From positions 14,353,037 to 14,417,036 of the forward strand of contig OZ316891.1 in the NCBI GenBank assembly GCA_973895155.1: 64,000 nucleotides of DNA, in the 5' to 3' direction. This stretch comes from Marsupella aquatica (taxonomy: Eukaryota; Plantae; Marchantiophyta). Below the pieces are notes generated by a model. The model saw nothing but the letters and a program-made list of their open reading frames with translations, made no database searches and was not told the DNA's origin. The number at the start of each line of letters is the position of its first letter. The first letter of the stretch is position 1. A program made the translations under genes and the position numbers. Shown here one piece after another: positions 42,526-54,648 of the stretch.

Positions 42526-43697
42526 AACTTGGATTGGTTTCAGCAAAAGGTAATTGGGGGACAATTTGGACTTAATGCTGGAGGGGGCAATATCAACGAG
42601 GCTCCCGTTGCCGTTGCTCAGGCCATTAAGGGTACCCTATTCTCAAGAGTCATGAGACGTGACTACCTCTCGTATTTTCGAGTCATACTTAGCCTTTCGG
42701 ACACAGAAGGTCTGTGATAGATACCAGTTTAATTTAGAAGGCTCCAGAGCTGTTCATGATTTGACTCTCTCCCATTAAAATATATGAGAACAGGTGTCTG
42801 CTCGAAATGGTCGTTCTTTCGAAGAGACCTTTGGGTGTCTTTTATGTCAGTAACAATGGTGCAAATATTCTCCAACCCCGCCAATTAAGCGAGTCAGCCT
42901 AGTCGTCATTGTTCACTAAATTGTTTTACCAAGAACCAATCTTTACAACCCTAGGGGAGGTCATAAGATGTAATTCACTGTTCCTCGCAGCGATTAACTT
43001 CAAGAGAGTGGATCTGCTCGCTGATTTTCACATTGACCATTCAGAGATATTTTGAAGCACATGATGAAATAGAAATCACAATGGAAAGTGAAACACAATT
43101 GAAGGTATTACACCAAATAAATGAGCCGGTGGTGACTAGTGAGAACAAGGCGACCATTCCTACTCAGGAAATTTCACAACCTGCCCTGGAGATAGAGGGA
43201 AAAAAAAGCCATTTATTAACGGCATTTATTACGTACAACTATGGAAGCATCTGAATCTTACCGGTTAACAATAATTCTACAACGGAGTGCTTTACTATGT
43301 CGTACTACATCGTGTAATCCGCTTCAATAGGTCTCGAGGGCTCGTACATGTGGGTGAAGCTGTTTGAAAAGTGCCTGCACGCCAACTGCACAACTCTCTT
43401 GCAAAAACGCACCTCTCAGGTAAGCTGTCACTGGATATGGATCCAATGCCGACCCATTGTCCCTCGAGCAGGGAAACGTTATCTTATCCAAGACAGCATA
43501 AGGTGATCATCGAAACCATGTTCTTATTGGAAAACTCGAAAAACAACCGGCGGGGTTCGAGGGTACCAATATCCATACAAGCTCTATGGAAGCTCCTAGG
43601 TTGAGGCCTCTCCAAGTCTCAATCAGATCCCAGCTATACCTTTGAGCCATGCATGATCCTTCCGTATAGAATGTAGAATACAATTGGCAAGGTGATC

Positions 43698-43827
43698 ATT
43701 TCCAAATTAACTGGACTCCCTTTAAAATGTCGTATTGAGAAGTGCCAACTGCTCCCCTTTGCATGAGATGATTTCCAAATAACTGGAGTTCCTTTGAAAT
43801 TTCGTAGTGAGAAGTGCTAACTGTTCC
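43698..43827. repeat. Imperfect ~73-bp-period direct duplication
   Basis: atttccaaattaactggactccc...gagaagtgccaactgctcc vs atttccaaataactggagttcc...gagaagtgctaactgttcc. Confidence 0.7.
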
Positions 43828-44142
43828 GAGGAAGACAGGCATTATAACCATGGATCAACTGCTACCAGGACAAATGTGCAGTGCATCCCAAGTGTCTTAT
43901 CCCGGTTGGTCTTCAATCTTCGTGGTATGAACTATGAACCACTTCTGTTCAGAGTTTCCAGATAAGGCTTTTATAGGTGTAGATCAAACTACGTTGACTC
44001 CGGGAGACATTTGGCGACCTGCTAAGCAATATAGTTCACCCGACATCTTTCCATCTTCAATTAGAAGAATCAATGGCACAAACTACAGTAGCCTTGCGCC
44101 GTAAATTCGGAAATTTAAATTGCGCTCCTCAAAGTAGAGCTC

Positions 44143-46440
44143 CTACCAGTGAAGCCAGTGACTAGCTGATTGCATCAAAGGATGTGACACATAAGCACCG
44201 ATAGTGAATCCGACTATCACGTAATAAGGCAACCTAAGGAATTCCTTGTAATAGTCGGGGGGGAGTTTTTGCCTACCCTCCATAATGGCAGCAAATGGAG
44301 TAACACTGGTGCGGTTTTTCACAACTTCAAATGCTTCTCCGTATTTTGCGGATAGCCTTCGATCACCATGCCACACACCGAATAGGTGATGGGCGGTCAA
44401 TCCTAATGAGGTGATGAGAGTGAAGGAGTTCCCGATCCATAGTGTATGTGCAATGCACCAGAGAACCTGCCCTACCATCTGCGACAATGTCCAATTTTTA
44501 AACTAAATTATGACGAGCAGATGCCAAAACAGATCATCTTCAAGAACTTCGCACCAAGCACACGGTGTACGATACATCGGCTCCAGCCAAATTGTCAAGG
44601 ACAAAATTGCCAATAAATTTGTCGCATGTTCTTATTGACTGTCGTCATCAATGATGAGATCCAGAATATGATTAGTAAATACCTGGGGGTGTCGGGTGAT
44701 TCTCATGATCCCTGTCTCCCACATATGTACTTTAGGCTTGTCCACAGCAGCGACTTCGAGTAGGTTGAATGTAGAAGGATAGAGGAATAGAAAAGAGACG
44801 AAGGACAAAGCCCAGCAGAACTCATGCACGCCAGGAATCGTCCGGAATTGCCAAAGTTGGTACCCGTCATAACGGTGATTGATGAAATAAACCTGTCAGC
44901 ATAAGTTCGTTTAACTTCTGAGATATAATTCTCCTTTTTCAATTGAAAGAAATATCTTCCGCAGAAATGAAAACCCCAAGCAAAATATTTCAGGACTCCC
45001 AACTAAGCTAAAACACGAAGAAAGTTCAAATGATAATGATAACTGATCTGGTTTTTATTTGCAGAAGCAGAGCAGAAGAAGCGCCTATCTAAGAGACGAG
45101 CAGACAGACAGAGCAAAGCAAAGCAAAGCAAAGCAAAGCAAAGCAAAGCTCAGCTCAGCTCAGATTCTGGGTTGAGCATAAATACCACAGCAGAGACTGC
45201 GAGAGGAAGCGATGTTCCGGCAAACAAGACTCGATAAGCCCTCTCTCCGATTAGCTTCTCCCCTGTGGCGCGGAAACCTGCCCCGCCACTATGAACCAGA
45301 GCGAAGATGAACAGTATTTCCATCATTACAACCTTCAACCAATCATGATCTCGAGAGTTAGCAAACATGAGCACCACAACCAACCTGTATTGTGAATCTG
45401 TTATCATCGTCCTTTCAAGATCTTGACTCAGTGACTCAATTATCCATCCCACATTGTATTCTCTCTGGTTCGTTCGGATAAATGACAATTTTGATACAAC
45501 GGGACAATCTGTGATACACACCCACCCGTCAGTCATAGTGCGTGTGGAACAAACGAAGCTCGAGTGCCGGCAAAGAAAGGCATGCATCTCTTACTCTCTC
45601 TCACCTCATGGCTGCTGTTGAGCGAGGTCAATGCATTTATAAATGCCCCTCCGTATCCTGTGTTCGGGTCTAACCAAAGTACGTACAGAATCGCCAAGAC
45701 GACACCAAGGACCAGAGTGAAAGAAATCCAGGATGACGTCTGTTGGTCCACGACATTAAAAACAGCAGCATCTTCACCAACTAGACCGTCATTCTCGTCC
45801 TCCGAAACTATCTGTGGCGTATCTCCTACAGCCGCATTCAACCGTCCAGGTGGTGTACCACTGGTCGAAGATGGAGGGAACAGAGAATCTTTCAACTCCG
45901 ACTCAGACTGCAGCTCTGCTCTCCACAGGCCCACTCGCTGTCTCCTGACCGTCCCAGAACTTATGGAGAAAGAGAAAGCATGATTCAAGCCGCCCGTGCT
46001 GGATATCCGAGACCACTGCCGTGCCAATTCATTCAATGGACCAGTCAAATACAGTAGACGTAGGGCGACAATTCTCATGTCCACAGGCAAAAAACACCAT
46101 AGCGAATTCTACTACTAAACGACCGAGATGAGAAGAGAAAATCCCGGGGAAAAAATCCAGTCCAATCCAATCGAAATGATTGCATGGAAGGGCAACAGTA
46201 GTGCTTTGAATTTCTCACTCGTTGTTGTGACGCCAGTCGAGACGATGGCCAAACATTCTGCCACCTCGAGAATGTCGCAAAGGAAGCAGCCCGTGAGAAT
46301 CCAGAACAAGCAGCTCCGCTTTGCTGATTAAACCCATCTCTAGAGCCCTGTGGTTTCTGCTGCTGCTGCTGCTGCTGCTGCAGCCCAACAACGGAAGAAG
46401 ATCGAGCCGGAGGCAGCACGAGAGACGACACAGCGGCCAT
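44143..46440 (-). CDS. Z-ISO: 15-cis-zeta-carotene isomerase (NnrU family), plastid-targeted
   Basis: [19 protein letters not shown]...[62 protein letters not shown]|[17 protein letters not shown]; Ser-rich transit-peptide-like N-terminus with Q8. First intron boundaries uncertain. Confidence 0.93.
45112..45149. repeat. (AGCAA)n microsatellite in a Z-ISO intron
   Basis: agcaa repeated ~7 times. Confidence 0.9.
46357..46380 (-). repeat. (CAG)8 encoding polyQ in the Z-ISO transit peptide
   Basis: ctg x8 on +; [12 protein letters not shown] on -. Confidence 0.9.
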
Positions 46441-47284
46441 AGTTTCGAGCTCGATCGATCACTAAATGAAAACTCTATGCACCGAATCAGTCTCACTGTA
46501 TGACTTTCATCATCCACAAGTTGGTGCGCACACAATTCTCTCTTTGCTCAATGCAAGCACTACTGGGGAGAAGATGACAGACAAGCTTTGGAAAACCTTT
46601 GTGGGTCTTAAGAATGATCTTTCTCACAGAAACTACAGTACCGTCAGAAAATGGCATTATCGATAGAAAGCTTGTGACAATGATTTCCTTAAGAGTACAG
46701 AAGGAACCAGGGAGGAGAAAGGGGTGGGGAGGTTCTCAATCCCATCAATCACGGGTTAACTGAACCCCAATCACTCGGGGGTTTAACTACAATAATAGAT
46801 TGTAGTTTAATTTCAATATGTATGTTCTAATTTTATTTGCAATCTTCTTTATACTTATTTTACATGAATTATTTTAATTTAAGAATTATACATGAGTGTA
46901 TATTGCATTTTTGTTTCTTCTGTTATTCAAGTATTTTACAAATGTCCTTACAATAATAATTACTCAAATGGCTTTACTGATTTTCATAGTTGAGCCCCTG
47001 AGCCCCTGAGCTGTCTTATCACTCATCCATATCAATGAAGTTCAGCAGCCTCATCAAACTCCAACATCATTTTGGGGGTTGGATTTTCCCTCATGGTGAC
47101 CTTACGAAGCTGAAAAGTTTCCACTCAGAAAACCTTCTTGAGACATTTTCTCAACTCAATAGCCCCCCTGAGTCATCTTGACAGCCCCACTGAGCAGGAA
47201 AGTTCTACACACAAATGACTGATACTTGATACATACTACTACTAATGATAACTGATTGAGTTATGACACTCTCTCCTCTGCCTT

Positions 47285-47316
47285 GAAGGGAAGGGAAGGG
47301 AAGGGAAGGGAAGGGA
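47285..47316. repeat. (GAAGG)n microsatellite
   Basis: gaagggaagggaagggaagggaagggaaggga. Confidence 0.9.
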
Positions 47317-48259
47317 TCGAATGATTAGTTTGTTAGAATTCTCATTTGATGTCCTTTGTAATGACCCTGAAGTGGGGCTTCAGGAGTTGAGTGATTATGG
47401 AGAAATCAAGGTCCACAGATCAATTTGTTTGTTGCCATCGGGCATTCACACTAGAGAATCCTACAGAAGTTAGTATTTCAGTAAGGCACTCACATTACAG
47501 TAGAGAATTCTACAATTGATTAGTATTTCATGTGTGGAGGCTTATTTTATGTTCCATTTGTGCTTTAACTTAGGTTGACCCAAGAATCTATAGCCATTAT
47601 GAATCAATCTTGCAAAACATGGTGCAAATATTGTGAGGAGGGACTCTCAATCGACAACAGTGCAAAGTACTGTGCTCGTCAGCCTTTCTTTGGCCCAACT
47701 TGCATGTGGCAGCCCTAAAGAAGCAACCCTTAGCCGTTGGGAAACCCTCGGCAAAAAGCGGATCTAGTCTGTCAACAAGATCTGCTGCCCTGTAATGTCT
47801 GCTTTTGTTTTACTATAAAATCAAAGGTAATTTTTTTGTTTGGTAAAAATTGGCCAATTACTAACCTATTAAACAGGCAGGCTAATGAAACTTTGGCCTA
47901 AAATTTAGAAAATTATGTTTCATTCGCCATCACCTCATGCACTATGGGGGAGTGTTAGCCAAAAAAAATACTCTACAATAGTCAGAAAGTACTATATAAT
48001 TGAAAAAGAATTTTCTCCTAAATTGGGCACAAACAAGAAGGCAGCAGTTATTTTGATCCCAACAAAGACTAGTTGTGTTTGTTGTGCATCTTGATGATGT
48101 GACACGCTGTGGTGCCTGGAATTTTGGAATAAACCTCTAATAGGGGTCCGTAAATAAAATACTCCATAACAAGATTGGTGCTTGTCTAAAGTATAACACA
48201 CTAGCCACCTTGGCTAATGTTTAGAAACAAGATAAAAATGATTGGTTGGAACCAACCAC

Positions 48260-48620
48260 CACTAGAAGAATCCGAGGTGAATTGAGACCGCAATATGTGA
48301 CTCATTTTGGCTCATGTGACTTCATTGTGACTCAACGTGACTTGACCCACGCTGTGACCCTTGGAGTTGCAAAAGTTGAGACCAAAAAATGGAAGTCACT
48401 CTTGATACTCGGCTTTGCAACTTGCTTGATACCCATTTGTGACTGATCTATGACTTTATTGTGGAGTCTAGCCTTGTTTCTACGTGACTGCAATATGACT
48501 TTAACGAGTCACATGGTAAGTCATATACATGACTTGCTCGCATTCAACAACGACTAGTGTGTGACCATTTAGTGTCACAGAAGAGACCAATGGAGACCCT
48601 GGCCCGGGTCACACAATAGA
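48260..48620. repeat. CACTA terminal inverted repeat and subterminal repeat region
   Basis: CACTA start, then many TG(T/A)GAC and GTCAC motifs, some as inverted pairs (gtgaccatttagtgtcac; gagaccctggcccgggtcac). Confidence 0.8.
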
Positions 48621-49114
48621 ACCATTTGGGACTCTATATACTCATGTTTATAACTAATAAGGTTCACATGCAAGTTGTAACCATGACTAATGAACACAGA
48701 GGGACAGTTTATAAGGAGAGAGAGCACTCCACATTACAATACATAGAAACCTGATGTTCTAACTTTAGAAATATAACACATTGAATACAAGAAATGAACA
48801 TAGCATGAATGACATCCACATCAAACAAAGCATCATATAAGCAGATCCTACATAAAATATTCATAAGAATTAAATAGAATCACAATCTTGCTCTAAAATT
48901 TAGATCATTTGAATTCCAATGGAATAGTTTACAATGTGATCAATGTAATTCAGACAAAACAGGAACTCATAATTGATGACTGCAGGATGAGATAACTGAA
49001 AGCACATGCATGATACTATGAATCTCCAAGAGGACATGATTCTTGTACTCCTTCTTGACATCTAAAATCTACATAACATGACTCACACTACAAACAAATA
49101 ATGGCATGACATTG

Positions 49115-52100
49115 TTATGGATCCTCTATGAACTTGCTTGGCCATAATAACAAAGAACCTGTAGCATCTCCAAGTGTCTTTTGAGGAGGATCATCATTTG
49201 TGTTTGGAATGGGATGGACAGCTTTAGGTTTCACTAGTAATGTGACTAACACTACTGAATAACCTGGGGGAATCCTCTTGCCATGGAACGTTGTGGAACC
49301 AACCTGCACTCTGCCAAATCCTACTCGTGTTCCACTCTCATCAACAGCTAACAAGCCACTTTGTCCCTCAGCATTAGGTGCTTTCCCCACTTCCACCTTA
49401 GATCTTTCTGCCAGCACCGTTCTTGGAGGTTTGTATGAAACCTTTGACGTGGCTCTGCTCCCACCAGCAGACTTGCTTCGTGTGCGCATGCTTCCTCTCT
49501 TCATAGTAGTGAAGCTAGGCTCAGTAGGTTCCTCTGTTAGGACTGTCACGGTAGCAGGTTCATCACCTGGGAGTGTCATACCAACTAACTCTTTGGTTGG
49601 TTTTATCTCAACAAGAGGCACACCTGTCATTGAGAATGATACATTCTGCAAATCATTTATCTCAGCAATGGAGTCAAGATCTACATAGCATGAATCTGGC
49701 TCAATGGTATCATTGTCATGCTTGCTGATATCCTCATTTGCCCCAACATTGATATCATCCACTCCCTTGCCAATGTCATCCTCATCCAAACATGGTTGAC
49801 TACCCTCTGTCAAACAAGTTGCTTGTATAGACTGCAACTTTGTTGCCTCTAAATTACAGCGAGTATTTGTCAGGTTCTCATACTTCTTCTCTGCAGCACC
49901 TGCCTTATTCTCTATGGACACAACAACCACAATATATGTTACTGAAAATAACACATTTAACAAACAATGTCAATTCAAACTATACATTTACTAATCATAT
50001 CCCACACAGTTGTAAAGGCCTTACCTTCAAGCCTACATGTCGTTGGCATGCCAGAAGAGTGCATCAACTTTGCCACCTCAAGTGGTGATGGTGGAACTCC
50101 TGCAGAATTGGAATCAATTTTATCTCTCACCGACACAACAGCTTCCATTAATGTCTTGAAGTTCACATGGAACAAGTCAGTCAATGAATTCAAACATTCA
50201 TTGATCTCTAGAAGACATGTTTCGACAGCCTTCAAACGACCACTTATCTCTGTAAGTGAAGATCCACCTCCCTACATGACACAGGGGTATAGGTTCAATC
50301 ACTCCATATGAAATGTTGGGCAATATATGCACAATCAATGTTATATACAGTGTACACCTGAAATTCAACGCAGGTCATTCAATTACCAATCAAAACTCAT
50401 ATAACTTACATGCTTGGAGGATTCAGATGCACCCTCTTGAGCCCGGGTGTTCACAATTTCAGCCCTCAACTCTTCTTTTGAAGGGCTTTGCCCCAATTGG
50501 GCTTTCTGCACATGCATGGCAAACACAAGTTATCATTATTATTCAGGGAACGTACACTAAAAAACAAAGTTTACATGTATGGGTTTACACTATAAACAGT
50601 ACATAGTGTAGCATAAATTACATAGCTAGGCCATTGATTCTTACCAAACGTTTTGCTGTCGGTGCAGTGCCGGTCCTTCCTGTCAGATTAGGGTTCTGAA
50701 CACTCAACCTGGCCTCGGTCATCTATGAACTCTTCTTTTTTGAAGCATCTGTTACAAAATAAGCTACTAACCTTGCCCACACTTTATCATCACAACTGGC
50801 TGGTGGAGGCATATCTGGCTTCTCCCCACCTTCCTTCCAAGCCTTATGCATTCTCCACCTCTCTTGCTTTATGATTTTACCTACTGTACTCTCTAGGTAA
50901 CCTATGTCCATGCCATCATCACTGCCCACATAATTCCATTTGGCAGCAACATTTTCACATACAGTCTTCCAATCTTTTGGATGCTGTTTTTTAAAATTAA
51001 TAACACTCACATCTAACCAACGCAATACTTCAGCTTTCAAATCAGCATGCCATCGGTTCTTACGAGGACACTCAGCATCCACCCATTGTCTCTCATTCAA
51101 CTTTACGTTCCCTTTCTTTGTGACCTCCCCTCGTGCACTGCTCTCGGTAGTACTGGGCGTTGTATTGGCCACCCCTTCATTCACCCTACCTGGGGTTCTG
51201 AAGCCACCTGGGAAAATACAATGCCATTCATTCTTGAGAACTACATACAGCATAATGGATGACGGCAACATTCAATGCTTCACTTCAAGAAAAATTCTTC
51301 AAACATACATACTTGTAGCTCTGTGGAAAGGAGACTTTTGCTGAAACACGACCATAAGAGAAAAATCTGAATCGTTTCAAACTTTTTGAGCAAAAACGAC
51401 GCTTTCTGAAGCGTCTACTTTCCATTTGGCGGTTAACTCACTTCAGTCTAACTAAGGACGCTTTCTGAAGCGTCCCTAGTTACAAAGCCAATAAACCCCA
51501 AGACAGCTGAGGCGTCCATGTGTGCTGCCAACCAGATGCGACCCCCTTAACCACGACGCTTTTTGAGCCGTCCTTCACCGATACCACGGAACAGAAGACG
51601 CTTCCTGAAACGTCTATTCGAACCAGACACCGGACGCTTTAAGACGCTTTCTGAAGCGTCCGCTAACCCCAAAGTCCGATGAGACGCTTTCTGAAGCGTC
51701 CACATGAGAAGTGACGCCTTGACTGTTCGGCCGTGTTCGAAGACAAAGCAGAATCGATGCTTTCTGAAGCGTCCGCCAAGACAGACTCCGCCGCTTTCTG
51801 AAGCGTCCCACCTGAAGGCCGGAAGACGGATGCCGCGACCAAAACACCAAAATCCAATCGACGCTTTCTGAAGCGTCCACTATCTTCCCGACACTTAGAA
51901 ATATTTCTGATTTCCGCACTTTTATAACACTGCACCACTTTTGCCAATTTATTTGAGGCACTTAGAAGTCTCAGAAAAGTCTGAAACTTTACCAGCATAG
52001 AGATTATATGTAGTAGAGTACTCTAGAAAAGTCTCAGCTCATTCCGAGTTTTAGTTTAGAAGTTAAAATTAAATTAAAACCACTGTTTATTAGTTTTACC

Positions 52101-54496
52101 GGAAAACACCGACGCTCTACAAAGCGTCCACTAAGTCTCCAATGCATTTCTTTATTTCTTTTAGGATTGTCTTTTAGATATTTGAGGTTTGAAAAGTCAT
52201 GCCTTTTCAGTTAAGGGAACCTTTACTTATAAAACCTCATGGTTTATCCTTACCAAGGGGGGGACAATTCCAATCAGACTTCTGTTAGTTTCCCTCCTTC
52301 CATTTTAACAAGAGAAGTCTTGTATCGAAGTAAAACTTATGTTTGAATTTATGAATTCAAGAAATTTCTTGATACTTGAATTCAGTTACAAACTTCTGTG
52401 ACTTACATTGAATTCACTGCTAGGCTTGCTTGAAGGGTCAAGATTCGCTAGCTAATTCAAGAGTTGTTGTTTGATATGTGAGAAGTAAAGTTTGGTTCTC
52501 AGAGTATTCAGTACCGTTACTTTGTTTATGGAATATGATTTAGTGTTTGACGGAATTGCGTATCGCTGATGTCAAACCATGTTGCCGGCATCTTAAGTCA
52601 TATCATTACATTTGTAACCAGAGCAGTACTTGCTTAGCAAATTGGAAATTCCTTATCATGCAATTTTATTTAGTCAGGAGAGAAATTAGTGAGTTATGAG
52701 ACTTGTTTTATGTCTATTCTAAGACCATAGTCCTTTTTGAAGGAGTGGCAATAGCTAATCAGAGTTTTCAGACCATAATTGACTCTCTCTTGACTCATAA
52801 GAGAGAAGTTTATTTACTTTGGTGTTTTGTTTATTTGATCTTTTAGTGAGAAACAAGAAATCTATGTACTAAGAGCTTTAGATTACTCAAAGAGATAAAT
52901 TCATTCAATTCTTTCCAAATCTGTTCTTAAAGGGATCGAATTCCAAGTCTTTATGTAAAAAGTGTTCCTTTTTGTTCTTCTGGCTATACGACAAGCTCTG
53001 CCTGTAGATGCCTGTGCAGGGACTGCACTCTGGAATTGTTGTGACCCTGGACCACCTGTCCAGCCTAGTACAGGGGCTGGATGATGTCACTTTCTAGGTA
53101 TGTGGCTGCAAACATATGTACTAAAAACGTAGTACAAACTATAGGAAAACATATGAACATTCACCAACATACCTGGCCCCCTTCCGTGCTACATCTGCAT
53201 AGGGGCATTAGTGAATACTTGAGTTGATGGTTCGACTATCCAACCTGCACACATACATTTTCTATTATTATACATGTGCATAATCCCCCCCACATCAATG
53301 GACTCCACATATAATGAGTTCTTCCATTGCTGACAAGATCAGACATTACCTGCCCCTCTTCCAGCATTTGTAGGTACTGTATTTTGAAATCCTTGCTAAT
53401 TACCTTCACCACCTTCCCAACCTTGTTCATTCCACGACCCACCACCATCCTCCCAACCTGGTTCAATCCATGTCTGTCCTTGTGGACATTGGAACTGATC
53501 ATTACCAGCATTTGCCCAATCAGGTTGGGCAGAATCTGCATGCAATGGCAGGTGGACAGAATTTCATGTTGTCTGAATCCAATACATCCCAAACAATGTC
53601 AAAAATTGATATGCAGTCTGAAATTCAGGATTGCCATCACAAATAACTGGCATATAGATATATACTCACATCCCCATGGTTGAGGTGGACGTCCATACCC
53701 ACGAGACTGTGGGTTTGGACCTGCTCTGCCTCTACCACGGGCATAACCTAGAGCTTGCCCCCTGCCATAGTATTGGGCACCAGCCTGGGATCTACCACTA
53801 CTACCACCTCGCCAACCTTGATCAGAGGTCAGCCCCCCCTGCTGGTATGGTGCATGCATAGGCTTTGCAGGCAAAACAGAACTGGCAGGACGCTGCATCA
53901 CATCACCAACTACAATGTCAGAAACTAAGCAAGGTACATAGGATGTAAAACTGAACATATGAAACCTCTCAACAAGAGTTTTTAACTCTAAACCTAGCTT
54001 GTTGGGAAAACTACTTACCTGTTTCTTTTGGGGCTGCTCTGCAATGTATTCATCTTCATAACCCCCATCCTCATCCATTTCCTCTGGGAAATACTCATCA
54101 TCTGCATCTTCTTGTCTAGTGTCTGCACCCACTTGTGCAGCATCCATGTCATCTCCACATTCTGCCATTGTAGGTACGACCTTCTTGCTCAACCTGTCAC
54201 TCCGACGCACGGGCCCAGAGATAGTGCTGGTCACCCTTCTTGCGTACTCCTTTTGTTTCTTTGAAAAACCTGCTGCTCTACGACATTCCAACATGAGAAT
54301 ACAGTCACAATTTCAGTGCCACATTGAACTATTCATGTCACACAAACTCAGCGGAGGGGTGTAGTTGAGAATCGTTCCCTTACAATTCAGCCACATCCTT
54401 TTCCAGATCCAGTTCTGCAATTTTGACTTTCACGTATGCTTGTTGTTCCATAGCTTTCCTTTCATACTCACACATCTCTGTGTCACTCTGTTCCAT
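49115..54496 (-). pseudogene. CACTA ORF2 / TnpA-like multi-exon gene with premature stops
   Basis: Begins MEQSDTEMCEYERKAME...RRSDRL, then a Gly/Trp-rich region. Exon ~51208-50645 (WARLVAYF...KKKSS*MTEARLSVQNPNLTGR) resembles Ptta/En/Spm Transposase_24. Last exon FHGKRIPPGYSVVLV...HPIP...TLGDATGSLLLWP resembles the Tnp1/En/Spm C-terminal domain. In-frame TAG at ~53397 and ~50724. Confidence 0.75.
51398..52128. repeat. Interspersed array of 18-bp palindrome GACGCTTTCTGAAGCGTC
   Basis: Perfect copies at 51398, 51457, 51643, 51683, 51860; variants at 51555, 51597, 51756, 51790, 52111; degenerate copy ~51502; non-repeating intervening sequence. Confidence 0.95.
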
Positions 54497-54648
54497 CCTA
54501 CTGGACCACAAAAACATGTCATCTATGGTCACCCCGTATAACACAATGCAACCACAATCACCAGGCATCCATCCATACATCTGTGTTGCTTCAGAATTAC
54601 TTTATTACACATCCCCTCACTAATGTCCATGCAAACAATTCACATTAC

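Noticed and set aside
48198-48210. Alternative CACTA terminus (CACTAGCC)
   Set aside because: Not followed by the purine-rich TIR or subterminal repeats; 48260 fits better.
51614-51998. ORFs 51614-51961 and 51663-51998
   Set aside because: Recurrent DASES/GRFRKR peptides are by-products of the DNA palindrome; no coding evidence.
51398-52128. CRISPR array call for the palindrome array
   Set aside because: Repeats are only 18 bp, spacers are highly variable in length, there are no cas genes, and the context is a eukaryotic TE intron. Kept as a repeat array.
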